The position numbers were made by a program, and so were the translations under genes. DNA of 64,000 bases from Eledone cirrhosa (taxonomy: Eukaryota), in assembly GCA_964016885.1 (NCBI GenBank), contig OZ024743.1, positions 377,828,001 to 377,892,000 of the forward strand. Direction: 5' to 3'. The notes beneath the pieces were generated by a model that saw nothing but the letters and a program-made list of their open reading frames with translations, searched no databases and was not told the origin of the DNA. This document shows positions 50,306 through 63,630 of this stretch, in pieces (position 1 is the first letter of the stretch; every line of letters begins with the position of its first letter).

Positions 50306-52172
50306 ATCATCATCATCATCATCATCATCGTTTAACGTCCATGTTCCACGCTTGCATGGGTTTGGACGGGAGTTTTCCCACTTGAGGCAAGAGTGGTTGT
50401 CTTGCTCGCATAGGACTGTCTGGCAGGTTTTCTACAGCTAGATGCCCTTCCTAACACCAACCATATTTACAGTGTGGGACTGGGAGGTTTTTACCGTGTT
50501 GCCTACACGGCCACATTACAGCGTGGACTGTGTGTTTTTTTGTCGTGACACCTACACGATCTCATTTGTTTCGGCCTGGATGTTGTGGCACCAACGTAAC
50601 TTTACATTGAAAGGGGCGGTGTGGATGGGGTGGGGGTGGTGTGACGGGGGCGTATTTTGTTAGAGATGCCTACTGACTGTAGTAGGTTTACTTTGTATTT
50701 AGGCTAGGCGGGTCTTCTCTATTACTGAGTACCGCCAAAGATCTCGGTCCAGTGACATTGTCTTGTAGAGGTGTAAGTGTGTGAGGTCGGAATTTATCAG
50801 GTCTCCCAGGTTTTTCTGGGTCTGCCTACTCCGTGGCTACCGTCTATCTTTATTGCCCTGCACTTTTTTATACAGCTGTCGTCTTTCATACGCATCATGT
50901 GACCATACCAACGTAGCCTTCTCTCGAGTAAACAACATCTGATCCCTCTTATTTCTAATTTTTCCCTTAGTTCGTTTATGCTTTGCCATTCACGTATATT
51001 ACTATTACACATCCAGCGGAGCATGCAAGCTTCGTTCCTCTCTAGTCTGCGTATATCCTCTGCACACAATCCCCAGGTCTCACTGCCATGCAACATTGCT
51101 GTTCGTATGCAGGCATCATACAACCTGCCTTTCATTTTTAGGGAGAACCCTTTAGCGGCTAATAGTGGTATAAGCTCTCTGAACTTTTTCCATCCAGTTC
51201 TGACTCTAGCTACTGTACTTTCAGAGCACCCTCCCCCACTGCTGATTTTGTCACCCAGGTAACGGAAGCTGTCCACTATTTCTATAGAACCCTCTGCGCA
51301 ATTGAAAAAGCTAGTATTTTGTGGGCACTTGCTGCTACTTATTACACCAGAGCACCGGCCACATGTAAAATCTATGTTCGTAGTTAGCTTACCTGTGATC
51401 CCACTACATCTTTTATGCACCCATACTTTGCATTTGGGACATAAAATGGAGTTTCTACCTACGCCTTTCCTACACACTGAGCATGGCCATTTCCCGGAAG
51501 GGACCGGCGCCTTATTTTCTTTCCTACAAACTAGAACTTTAGTCTTAGCCAGGTTAATTTTAAGGCCTTTTGATTCTAGGCCGTGCTTCCATGTTTGGAA
51601 TTTCTTCTCTAGCTTGGCCATTGATTCAGCTATGAGCGTTAGATCATCTGCGTATAGGAGTTCCCATGGGCAGCCGGTCTTAAACTCCACTGTTATAGCC
51701 TGAAGGGCAATAATAAATAGTAGGGGGCTAAGAACAGAGCCCTGATGAACACCAACTTTTACGCTAAACTCTTCACTATATTCGTTGTTAATTCTAACCT
51801 TGCTGACTGTTTCTTTATACATGGCTTGTATAGCTCTCACAAGCCATTCGTCAACACCTGGTTTTCTAAGAGCCCACCAGATAATGGAACGGGAGACTTT
51901 GTCGAAGGCTTTCTCCAAGTCAACAAAAGCTAAGTTTAGGGGTTTACTTTTAGCTAGGTACTTCTCCTGTAGTTGTCGTACAATGAAAAGAGCGTCTGTG
52001 GTACTTTTGCCTGACACAAACCCGAACTGCATTTCATCTAGATCAATTCTCTCTCTGATTAGTTGCGCTATTACTTTTTACGTGACCTTCATGACCTGGT
52101 CGATTAATTTAATGCCTCTATAGTTACTCCTATCTAGGGCATCTCCTTTACCCTTGTAACAGTTAATGATGA
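50306..52172 (-). mobile_element. RTE-clade LINE, 5'-truncated, RT with PHD insertion, nested in a TTAA MITE
   Basis: 411-aa ORF 50797-52032 (QFGF, GVHQGSVLSP, LLYADD). (GAT)n tail. MITE halves at 50234-50305 and 52170-52422. Confidence 0.95.
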
Positions 52173-52814
52173 TCCAGTTTAAATTAAAATCTTCCAACAT
52201 AATTTTATATAAGAACCCTACATTAAGTTACTCCTTTACCCTATGTACTATACATACACTTTTTATGAGTTGTAGTGCACCTGAGCACTGTACACAATAT
52301 TTTCATTATTATCATTATTATTTATTGAAATAATTAATAATTTTAGTAAATCCCTCAAAATCCTTCAATAATTAATTAAAATAGAATGTATTTCAGTAGA
52401 AATGTGGTCATGAATGGGTTAAGAAAATTTGTTACCACCTTTTTGGTTAACATTTTATTGTTTGTTTATTTATCTTAAATTTATTTTTGTTCTTTTTGTT
52501 TTGAAAAGAAAATTAATAAAGTCAAGACTTCAAGGAAAGTATTTCAAGAAATTTTTATAAACTCTATTTTCTAAATATGATGGTACACCTTTGAAAAGAA
52601 GGGGAACAGTGCTATAGGCCTACCACAAGGTGAAACTTTGCATTGCACATAATCTTTGAGGTCACATCATGCATGTGTCTATGGACCTGTCAATTCCTCC
52701 TTTGTAATAAAAATTAAAAATAAAATATCTTATTACAATTCCTGTTGTTATAGAAGCAACATAGAACTGCTTACATTAAAAAAAAATCATTTAAGAGTAA
52801 AGAAAAAATATGTG

Positions 52815-53390
52815 AATGGAGTTCCACTGAAGTAGGTGGAGAAGTTCAAGTATCTCAGGGCCATGTTCACAAGTGATGGAAGGCAAGAGCTGGTGTAGTA
52901 ATGAACCAGCTTCAGCATTCAGTTATCAGAAGAGAGGTAGGTGTAAAAGCCAAAATTACTATCTTCAATTCAGTATTGTGCCAACCCTTATCTATGGTCA
53001 CAAATCTTGGGTAATGACCGAAAAAATACAAGCAGCCAAAATGCGATTCCTCCAAAGGATCTTTGGAATAACGTTACTTGATAGTGCGTAGTTCCGAGAT
53101 CAGAGAGTCACTCCATGTAGAGCTGCTACTTCTCTAAATTAAGAGATCACAGCTATACTATAGGTATGTGGTTAGAATGTCTCCGGAAAGAATCGGTGGA
53201 CAGATTTTATGGACAAAACCAACCGACAGGAGACCCAGGGGTAAACCCTGAGCAAGATGGTTGGATAACATCCATAAGCTCAGCTGGTTTTATTTGGGGA
53301 TCCAGCTGGATCAGTTAGAGACGGTTGCTTCTGACAGGACCCACTGGAAGGAGTGTTTGAGGACTCTGCCCCCACGACCATCTCAGGAAT
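52815..53390 (+). mobile_element. Decayed 3' part of a second RTE family
   Basis: VEKFKYL..., PTLIYGHKSWVMT...AAKMRFLQRI and RRPRG remnants. Confidence 0.8.
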
Positions 53391-53800
53391 AATAATTGTT
53401 TCTACTTTTGGCACAAGGCCAACAATTACCCAGTAGATTACTGGTACTTTATTTTATCGACCCCTGTAAAGGATGAAAGGCAAAGTTAACCTCGGCGGGA
53501 TTTGAACTCAGAATGGCAAGGGCCGTAACTCTACGCATCAAAGCATGGCGTCCGACCCCCTACCGGTACTGCCAATCCAGGAATAATAATGATTTCTAGT
53601 ATAGGCACAAGGCCAGTAATTTGTAGGGGTGGGGGAAAGTCGATTAAATTGACCCTAGTACATTACTGGTACTTTATTTTATCGACCCTGTAAGGATGAA
53701 AGGCAAAGTTAACCTCAGCAGGATTTGAAATCAGACCATAAAGGACCGTAACTCTGCTGCAAAGCATGGTGACCGACTCTAACAATACTGCCAATCCATC
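53390..53800 (-). mobile_element. Two tandem Nin-domain SINEs
   Basis: Two copies of ggtactttattttatcgaccc...ggatgaaaggcaaagttaacctc...gccaatcca. Confidence 0.85.
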
Positions 53801-55265
53801 TCAGGAATAATAATAAGAAAATGTGACTTGGTTATATCATGTTATTTCTTTTTAAAACATAAAGTATATAAAAACTTAGTGCATTTTTTACTTTGTTTAT
53901 ATTTTATATACATAGTGAAAGCACATGGTATGATGGTTAAGGTATTCAGTTCATAATCGTAAGGTCATGCGTTGGATTCCCAGACTGGATGCTGCATTTG
54001 TGTCCTTAGCAAGATACTTTATTTCATATTGTTCCAGTTCATTCAGCTAGCAAAAATGAGCTATACCTATAATTCAAGGGACCAGCCTTGTCACACACTG
54101 TGTCATGCTGAATCTCCCTGAGAATATATTTGTGTGTGTATGTGTGCATTTGTGCATGCATCTTTGATCTTTGTGTATGCATCTGTGCAGGTCTTTTCTT
54201 CTCTCTCTCTATCTATCTGTGGGTGTGTGTGTGCATCTATATTTTCTATCTGGTAATGACTGCTGTTAAAGATAAGAAAATATATATTAACAAAGTGACA
54301 AACAGGAAATAAGTCTTCTTTCCAAACCAGATCCACAAACACTCTACCTATGAGACTTTCTCACTTGCTATAAACGCGTCAAGAAACAGTCCTTTTTCTG
54401 AGAAGTCTCTTGATAAGCTGAATCAACCTCACAGCGATGATGCACTTTTAAAGTGCAGAAATCGGTGCACATGGATCGGCGAAACTGCAGTCGGGACTTT
54501 GAAGAAAAAATAGGTATATTTTTGTCTATTATTTCCTCATGTTTTGTAATTTGATACATATATATATATAGAGAGAGTGGAGATAGATAGATAGATCATG
54601 AGTTAAATTGGGGGTAACCACAATTAATAAAGTACTCAATTCATTTGTAGAGTGTAAACATCATTATTTAATATAGAAAAGGCATCTAGAACTGTTTTGA
54701 TTGACACAGTTCTAGTACTGTAGCTAGAGTGGGAATGGGATGGAGAAAGTTCAGGGAGCTACTACTGCTGCTATCCAGAAAAGGTTTTTCCCTCAAAATG
54801 AAGGACAGATTGTATAATGCATATATATGAACAGCAAAGTGGTTCTGTAGGTGTCGCAACAAAAACCACCCAGCACACACTGTAAATGTGGTTGGTGTTA
54901 GGAAGGGCATCAAGCCAAAATCAGTTCTGTATGAGCAAGCGCTTGCGTGGAAAATGGACGTTAAACAGTGATGATGATGATATTATATGTATGTATGTAT
55001 AAATATATATACAGTGAGTCCTCCATATACGGTATATATGTGATCCTGAAACCCTTACCGTATATTGAATTACCGTATAAAGAACCCATTATAACATGAA
55101 ATAGATAGGGATGCGTTCCAGCACATCGAAAAAGTCATCCCTACAGAAAAGAAATAATGTATTTTTTTTTATTTACTGTACCTTACACATGCCGCGTAGT
55201 CCATCAGATGATGTGCCTCTTCCTTTGTCCCTCCCGAGGCTAAGGGACAGTATGGGTTTCAGCCC

Positions 55266-57341
55266 TTACTCATCTTGGGCTGAGGGTGATGTGGGAGGCT
55301 CAAAACCAACAAACTCGTTGACTGCAATGGATGTTGAAGAGCCAGCTGCAGCACGGTTGGCAGGTGTGACTGGCTTGAAGAAAGAGTAGATGGAGGACTG
55401 TTTGGCGGTGTTTCTTTTGGCTTCATACATTTCTTGGTAAATCTTGACGCTTTTCTCGACGTCTTGAGCCCCTTTGCTGCTCCTAGCAGGGTTGTGGTCA
55501 CGCTCCTTCAGGGTTTCTAAGATTGTTTCGATACTCCCGAGACATTCTCTTAGAGTTTTTATGTCTAAGCCACACACAGGTTCTTCTTCTTTTTCTGTCT
55601 CCTGTATCTCCTTGTCTAGTTCTATGAGTTCATCATTGGAAAGTGGTTCAGCGTGGCTTTCCAAAAGGTCTTGCACATCATCATCATTAACACCATCGAA
55701 GCCTGCTCTATGACAGAGATTTACAATATCTTTTTTTATTGCACCAATGTCCTCAGCAAAGTCTTGGAAGTCATTCACACATGCTGGCCATAATTTCTTC
55801 CAGGCAAGTTCATGGTAGACTGCTTCACTTTTTCCCAAGATGCCTTGATGTTGTACAATTTACACCATTCCCTGATGGTGGGCTTGTCAGGCCCATCTGT
55901 GCCCTTTATCAGCTGCTGCATGGTTCTCCGCTGGTAGTGTGCCTTAAATGTTTTGATGACTGTTTGATCCATCGGCTGAATGAGAGCTGTGTTGTTTGGG
56001 GGGAGAAACAAAACCTCAATATTTTCTGACCAGTCTTCCATTGCCCGTGGTGGCTGGGGGCGTTGTCCACTAATAGCAGAAAACAGTTGGCAATGTTGTT
56101 AGCTCATGCATATTCCTTAAGGGTTGGTGACAGATATGAGGTGAAAAAATCCTGGTGAATTGAAGTGATCAGCCATACCTTCTTATTAGACTTCCATATC
56201 ACTGGTAGGTATTGCTTAAGTAACCTCTTGAGTGCTCTTGGAGTTTCAGAATGGTAGATAATGAGTGGCTTTAGCTTTAAATCTCTATAACAAAATACTG
56301 GTGTGTATGAGTATAACAAAGACGATTGGTTTGTGTGTATAATATTTAATAAACAATTTGTGGATATATAGAACAGTATAGTTGACATGTCAATGAATAG
56401 ATGAAAGAATGAAGCAAAGTTATTAGTTACCGTTTTGATTGCCAGGCGAACGCGGCTGGCAGAAGACGCCTGGCGAAGGCCAGGCGCCGGAAAGGCAAAT
56501 GAGAGATAGGGAGCTTAACGTTATTAGTTTTATAGGGTTCTGACCGGAAGTTACAGAAAGGGTTCTACTTCCTGTCTAGAGAGCGTTAATCTATTGGGGA
56601 TGTGAGTGTCACAACAAGGGAGGCAACTCCTGCTACATCTCCTTCTGCATTCCCTCCAAGTAACAGAGTAACGCAGTCCTTTGAGGCTTTGAACCCCTTC
56701 GCACTTTTCTCCTTGTCAATATAAGTATTACTGGTAATCTTTTTCCAATAAAGTCCTGTTTCATCATAATTAATAACCTGTTTTTTGCTGTACCCCTTCT
56801 CTGCAATTCATTTCTCTAACGCTGCCTTGAATTTTTCAGCACTCTCTTTGTCGGAACCGGCAGCCTCACCTGTAACTTTTATGTTGTGAAGACTCGTTGT
56901 TTGAACTTATCAAATCAGCCTTTGCTTGCCTTGAATACAAAGTCCTCCACCCCCATTTCAGTCTTGAGCCTGTCAATAATGGACAATGCTTTCTCACTGA
57001 TTACATTTAAAGACAGAGGCATATTTTGACGATTTTGGTCGTCGATCCAAATTTTGAGCAACCTTTCCATCCTATCCATAATCGGCTCACGATGTTTGGT
57101 CAACAATTTACTCTGTAGACTCGTAGCATTCTCCCCAGCTTTTTTTGACAGCCTCACTATTTTTTAAAACAGTCCAGACTGTAGACTGGGCTAGGCCTAA
57201 GTTACGACTTATGGCGAACGTACCTTGCCCCTGTTCCTTCCTTTTCAAAATGTCCAGCTTTATCTCCAAAGTCAGGCTCTTCCTCATGCGTTTGGCCTTT
57301 CCATCTGCATCAGCAATATTTGCAGGACGTTTTGGGGCCAT
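55266..57341 (-). pseudogene. Tigger transposase (HTH-psq, CENP-B HTH, DDE_1), frameshifted
   Basis: MAPKR...RKSLTLEIKLDIL, MERLLKIWIDDQ...FKASKG, LGGNAEGDLKLKP, FLPPNNTALIQPMDQTVIKTFKAHY. Confidence 0.93.
56286..56637. mobile_element. Solo LTR (352 bp) inserted in the transposase
   Basis: 4-bp TSD tctc on both sides. Termini tataac...gctaca. Removing it restores ...GNAEGDLKLKP. Confidence 0.8.
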
Positions 57342-58039
57342 GAAATATGGGGTTATAAGATATGCCGTGATAATTATGCTCCAAAAACACGCCGTTGGGT
57401 TTTCTCTTACTTTGAATGACGTCATAACTCTTAACTGATCACTTCAGTTCGGCAAAAATTCTCTCTGAAGTGATCAGTTAAGAGTTATGACATCATCGAT
57501 CGATATCTGAACTCGCTCGTGATTGGCCAGTTTCTCGATAAGATCAGTTAGTACGATAGCAGTAGTAACACAATTTTCCTAGAATTCGAATAGCAGTCAG
57601 TTTCCACAAATTCAAGGGGGAATTTATTGCTTACTACAGGTGTCGCTACAGTACAATATAAACAAAACACGACCAAAAACTATATCTGTGAATTTTTTTA
57701 CCATAAATAGAATTGATGGTAGTAATTACCCAAAACCGTATCTGTGAATTTACCGGATAAAGAACTACCGTATATCGAGGATCCACTGTATATATATATA
57801 TATATAATAAAATGTAGCTTGCTTGAAGTATTGTATATAATATATAATGTGGAAAGTTATATAAGGCTAAACAATGCAAAATCGATGGTAAGATGACGGT
57901 AACAAAAAATTTAGTTACCTGATAATCTTTGTTTTTGTTGATGTTTCCTTTTTCTGATATTTTGGGATTTTAAATTCCCTTCAAAGAGAAGAAAATGAAA
58001 CAGTTTTCTCTGAGTTCCTTATACTCTGATGAAGAGAAT

Positions 58040-58495
58040 TCTGGTCTGATCTGATTTGACCCAGTCTTATCCAATCTGGTCCAGAGCAATCCGATCCAGT
58101 TTGATCTCATATGGTCTGATTCAATCCAGTTTGATCTGATCCAATCTGATTGGATCTGAAGCAATCTGGTTTGATACTATCTGATCCAGTCATGACTGAT
58201 CTGATCTGATCCAATCGAAACTTGACTGATCGGGTCTGATCCAATCCAGCCCAATCTGATCAGATCCTGATCTGATCCGGTTAGGTACTGTCTGATCCAA
58301 TCCAGTTTTAACAGATATGATCTGAACCAATGTGATCTGATCCTTTCTGATTTGATTTGATTCATTCTAGTCTGGTCTGATTTAATCTGAACTGTTCCAG
58401 AGCAATCTGATCTGGTTCACTGATCTGATCCTGTCTGACTTGATACTGTTTGATTTAATCTGATTTGCTCTGATACAATCTGGCCTGATCTGATA
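58040..58495. repeat. Degenerate pentamer repeat (TCTGA/TCCAA/TTTGA)n
   Basis: 5-bp periodicity read directly. Confidence 0.9.
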
Positions 58496-58539
58496 ATTAC
58501 GGTTCCATTGTGAGCCGAGTCCCGATATGTGTAGGTATG

Positions 58540-59030
58540 GTGCAGCCATCTGCCCAGACTTGCTTCATAACAGGACTACTCAGTAACACAGCCCCACTAT
58601 GAGCAAAGAATGGCATAGCCAACTGGCCAGACCTCTCTCATAATGGTACCCCCCAGCTCCCAGTTGTCAGTAGGAAGGGCATCTATCAGCCCAAACACGG
58701 CCTCACTATGAGCAAGGCTCAGTGCAGCCAATTGGTTAGACCTCCATCATAATGGGACCACCCAGATCCTAAATTATGGTTCTGATGTGAGCAGGGTATG
58801 GCACAGCCAATTGGCCAGATCCTCCTCATAACAGTGCCATCCAGTTCCACATTGTAAACATGGTTGGTGTTAGGAAGGACATCCAGCTGTAAAAATCCCA
58901 GCCAAAATACAAATCCGTCTGAGCAAGGTACAGCGCGGCCAACTGGCCAGACTTAACTCATGATGAGCAACCCGCTTAACCCATGCAAGCATGGAAAAAT
59001 AAACATTAAACAGAGATGAAGATGATGTGA
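58540..59030 (+). repeat. Tandem degenerate SINE-derived units (gagcaagg...cagccaaYtggccagac) ending in an RTE-type tail
   Basis: The motif recurs at ~58600, 58710, 58790 and 58920. Confidence 0.6.
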
Positions 59031-59343
59031 CTGTACATAAGTGGGACATAGACCCCTGGCCTGTCTGGAAGATCTGTAGCTCCACTTCGGTACTGACTTA
59101 GTCTATGTAGACCCATCTAGCCCTTGCTGGAAGGGAAAGCAGACGTTAAAACAATGATGCTGAAAGTTTATATATATATAAATAAAGAGTCAGGATCCCA
59201 ACGGCTGAGCTCTTGCCATTTCAACAGCTAGTTCCAGACTAGTAATGGTCTAACCAGTTTCAAACTGAATCTATCCAGATTTTTATTACAATATTCTACT
59301 ACCCCAAGTATCGAGTACCCTGGTGAGTAATGATTTATATATA

Positions 59344-59422
59344 CAAGGTGTCCTTCAAAAATGTATACACAATTCGATTAGAATGCTGTTGAAGTGTGTA
59401 TACATTTGTTGGAGACACCCTG
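59344..59422. mobile_element. 79-bp Tc1/mariner-type MITE
   Basis: ta|caaggtgtccttcaaaaatgtatacac...gtgtatacatttgttggagacaccctg|ta. Confidence 0.75.
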
Positions 59423-61508
59423 TATATACACATATATTACATATTAAATTGTGCACTAAATAGCTGAAGTATATTATAAATTCACAATTGTACAAAATAT
59501 AGGTTTTTAATCTAAGTTGGGAAAAATGTGCATAAGAATCATACTAAATATAGATCCATGATAACCAACTGTCAAACATCTTAAAGTTTGTTCTAAGCCG
59601 AAGACTCATCAGGCCAGTGCTTGTCCCTGGTTTCCTTGGATAGGACGCCAGTCTATCACAGGAGTGTACTGGAGCAATGTGAAATAAAGTGTTTTGCTCA
59701 AGAACACAACACAATAGCCTGACCAGGAATTAAACCGATGACATTATGATTGTACAGCAAGCAACTCAACCATTAGGCCATGTCATGCACCTTCATGTGT
59801 CTAACATCTTAACTTTTTTTTATATTTTAATATCAAACTGCATAAAACTCCCCCTTGATTCTATGATACAAAACTGCCCATTTTAAAGTGTTCAAACTTA
59901 TATTAAAACCTTTCATCATAATTTTATTTAAGAATTATTCATCGAGTAATGTTTCAAACATCAACTTACTAATGAAAAATGTATTTATTTTCATGAGTTT
60001 TATATCAAATAATAATATTTGATTCATTTGCAAGCAAACAGCCTCATTATATATTGATGAAGGGCAATAACCCAGAAACAATATTGTCAATTGTTTCTCT
60101 GTCATCGCTAGAACAAAAGGATGGTGATGGTTATCTAAAAAACAGAGTAATAATTTGATTCATTTGCTTGCAAATGAATCAAATATTATTATTATCATTT
60201 GATATAAAACTCACAAATATATTTACATATCTGCTATGTTAGAGCAAAAAACCAAATTCTAATTTTGTTTTTTAATTTATTTTACTAATTCTTCAAAATT
60301 TTTTATTATTTTCAAAATTAATTGAAACATATTGGCAGTGTGTTTCGTTAGAAATATGATAACGAAAAGGTTAATTGTATGCTTGATCCTAAATACTGTA
60401 TTGCAACATTAAAAACCAAGCAATTCTTGGGATTTATTTACTAATCCTCTATTTACTCCCACATTCAAATAACTAAGCTATGCAGAGGGATGAATATTTT
60501 AAAGAAAAAAAATTATTTTTTTTAATGATCAAGTCAAACTGGAAGTAGTAAACAAATTTTTTTTAATTCAAGCAACTTTATTTTAATTCAAAACAGATTT
60601 GAAATTAATTTTGATAATTAACAATTATTTCTTTAACATTCAATACAAAATGATATCGTACAACCAACAAAATATTAAAAATAAAGTAAAAATTTTGGCA
60701 GTTTAGAACAATGTAAGTCCATTGTATAAACAGGAATTGACAAAGAAAAATAATACTGATTGTATTTAGTTGTATAATCAAAATTATTTAAATACAATTA
60801 ATCTCTTCAATGATGTAAGCAATTATTAAATAATTTTTTAACTAAAAGACACAAAAATATACATAAACACTGTGCTAGCTCTTTTCATTAAACTGACTAG
60901 AATTAAGCAGAAACATGTATTGAAATATGCATAAAAAAGGAAATTTTAAATCACAATTTTATGGGCATATTAATTTGAAACCATGAGCATAGTACGCAAT
61001 CCATTAAGGTTATACATAAATATACATTACAAAGCTACACACAAGGCACCTATCAATGTTTAAGTATTACATTAAATAGGCATATTGACAAACTTAAAGG
61101 CTCAAAAGTTTTCAGTAAAGCCACTGTTTATTTCATGCCTTTCAAAAGTTAACTTCTGGGCATCTATTTAGTATTCAGAGGAAGATTATGTTTGCCACTA
61201 GTCACATAGGAGTATAGAATGTGTTTATATGATAAGAATACAAAAAGTTGAATCGATTTTGTTGTTTTGTTTTGTTTTTTTTTTGTTTTTCATCAAAAAT
61301 ATAATAACATTTGAGTATATAAGTTAGGTAGAATATAAAATTAAATGAAAATTTACTTTAGAAAAAAAAAAAAGCTCTCTTGAAGTTATGAGTTTAGAAA
61401 TTAAAAGTAATTAATATGACTAGCTTTCTCAATATGTAAAAAAACAATTATTTTAAATAAATAAAATTCAAAAGTAAAAAAAAAAGACCAATAACAGCAT
61501 TACAGTAA

Positions 61509-61736
61509 TTAACGCTTTAGCATTTAAACCGGCCAAAACTGGCCAGAATTCTCTCACCTCTTTGTGTTAAAACCAGCTGTAACTGGCTGCTCATACTTAC
61601 ATTAAGGTATTGTTCTCAAAATAATGACATCAAAATCTTGTAGATTCGATATTATGTGAGATAATTATGTAAGATAAAGCCTTTACTGTAAATATACAAT
61701 AGTAAGTATAGAATAATGTAAATGCTAAAGGGTTAA
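61509..61736. mobile_element. TTAA-flanked MITE
   Basis: Inverted homologue of 17045-17273. Confidence 0.85.
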
Positions 61737-62434
61737 ACTATATAATTAACTGGTATTCAAAAAAAAATATTTTAAAATATATTTGGTAAATTGGATCACC
61801 ATGCTTGTTTTTGATTTTCATATTATGACTTAGAATGATTCCACTGAATCAAGTGCCTGAATGAATTAAAAATGTTGTTATTATTTGATTATAGTTATCA
61901 ACACCTAATTGTCAATTATCGTTAGAATATGACTCTTTAGCAGAAATAATTATATTGACACAACCTGAGATCCTTAATTCTTATCTCTTTAAATCAGTCA
62001 AATAAAGCCCATTTCTTGCATTCAAATTAAACATGTGATAAATTAGGTTCAGCTTGTTTTTGTTTTGTTTTGTTTTTCTTTGGTCATATTGATATAAGTC
62101 GACAAATTTTATTGTATATTTTTTACTTTAAAATTATGTTTGTAAAAGTGTAATAATTTTAAAATATGAGGTACTAAACAGATTCCTATCTTTTTATGTG
62201 TATATATGTAGAACGGAATCCATAGTCAACTTTTGTAAAAACTTCGTGAATTTCATTAAAAAATCCTACCTCAGACAATATCTACTTGTTATATTCATTC
62301 ACGGGCCAAATCTATAGTCCTTTGATTTTTTTTTCACCAAGACATTTCAAACAAACTCTTTGGCTTACTTCTGGTCCTCAATAATATAATATCCATCACA
62401 CAACGGGTTACTGCATTACATCAAGATATTGGTA

Positions 62435-62632
62435 TTAACACTTTAGCATTTAAACTGGCCTTATCCATTATCTATTCAAACTGGCTGTAACAGGCTGCTC
62501 ATACTGATGTTAAGGCATTCTTCTCAAAATAAATAATATTAAATTCTTATAGATTCAATATTATGTGAGGTAAAACCTTCACTGTGAAAATACAGTAGTA
62601 AATAAAGAGTAATGCAAATGCTAAAGGATTAA
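62435..62632. mobile_element. TTAA-flanked MITE
   Basis: ttaacactttagcattta...aatgctaaaggattaa. Confidence 0.8.
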
Positions 62633-63118
62633 GCATTATTCAAGCAAAATAAGAAGTTTTGACGTTTGGTATGTATGATCTATATACATTAGATAATAAA
62701 TCATACAATGTGTCAGATGAAGTAACCAGTGTATAGTTGATAGATATATGTTTATATACTAAATCACATTATTACTCTATTGCGTGCTACAGCTGAGAGG
62801 CTGAGGCCATGCTGGGGCACAGCTTTTTTTTTTTATAAGCGCACATTTAAAATTTGTACCTTTCTTAATTGAACAACAAAGTGGAAGATGTGTTGTCCAA
62901 AATATAGTTAGTATCAACTCTTGGCTAGCAGATAGAATTAAGAAGGTCAGATAGAAAGTTTTATTAAACTGATTTTTCTACTGCGCTCTCATTAAAGAAA
63001 GTAGAAACAATTATCTAAGATGGATATATGAATTCCTTACAAATTAAAACATTAACATAAATATATCTATCTTCCTATGTTCCTACAATCAGTAATTAAT
63101 AAGATATGATAACACAGT

Positions 63119-63167
63119 TCACCATTTTAAAGCAACAAGCTTTGTGTCACCTTTGACACCCTGGCTG
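63119..63167 (-). CDS. Possible terminal coding exon of a minus-strand gene starting beyond the window (SQGVKGDTKLVALKW*)
   Basis: Strong acceptor ttttttttcttttcag, then a short open frame to TGA, followed by ~2.5 kb of AT-rich, UTR-like sequence. No homology recognised. Confidence 0.3.
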
Positions 63168-63199
63168 CTGAAAAGAAAAAAAATTAGCAAACAAATAAT

Positions 63200-63630
63200 A
63201 ATAATAATTTCTAATTTAGGCACAAGACCAGCAATTTAGGGGAGACAGAAAGTCGATTACATTAACCCCAGTACATGACTGGTGCTTTATTTAATCAAGC
63301 CCCGAGATTTGAACACAGAATGTAAAGAGTCATAACCAAACACTGCAAAGCACTTTTGTTTGATGCTTTAACAATCTATTCCACAACCCTCAAATAATAG
63401 TAAAAAAATGTTCCTAATTTATGCACAAGGCCAGCAATTTGGGGGAAAGGGGGAAGAGTCAATTATAATAACCCAGTAAATTACTGGTACTTTATTTTAT
63501 CAACCCCCAGAAGGATGAAAGGCAAAGTTGACCTTGGTGGGATTTGAACTCAGAAAAGCCATAACCAAGTTACTTCAAAGCACCTTGACTGACGTTCTAA
63601 AAAAAAATCTGCCAGTCCACCACCCTCAAA
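63200..63630 (-). mobile_element. Two tandem degenerate Nin-domain SINEs
   Basis: ggatgaaaggcaaagttgacc...gatttgaactc motifs. Confidence 0.75.

Larger units (their letters stand above)
55012..57788 (-). mobile_element. Tigger/pogo-family DNA transposon, full span, decayed
   Basis: 23-bp TIRs cagtgagtcctccatatacggta / taccgtatatcgaggatccactg, with TA flanks. Confidence 0.93.

Noticed and set aside
57970-58365. W/I/R/S-rich ORFs
   Set aside because: Translations of the 5-bp repeat.
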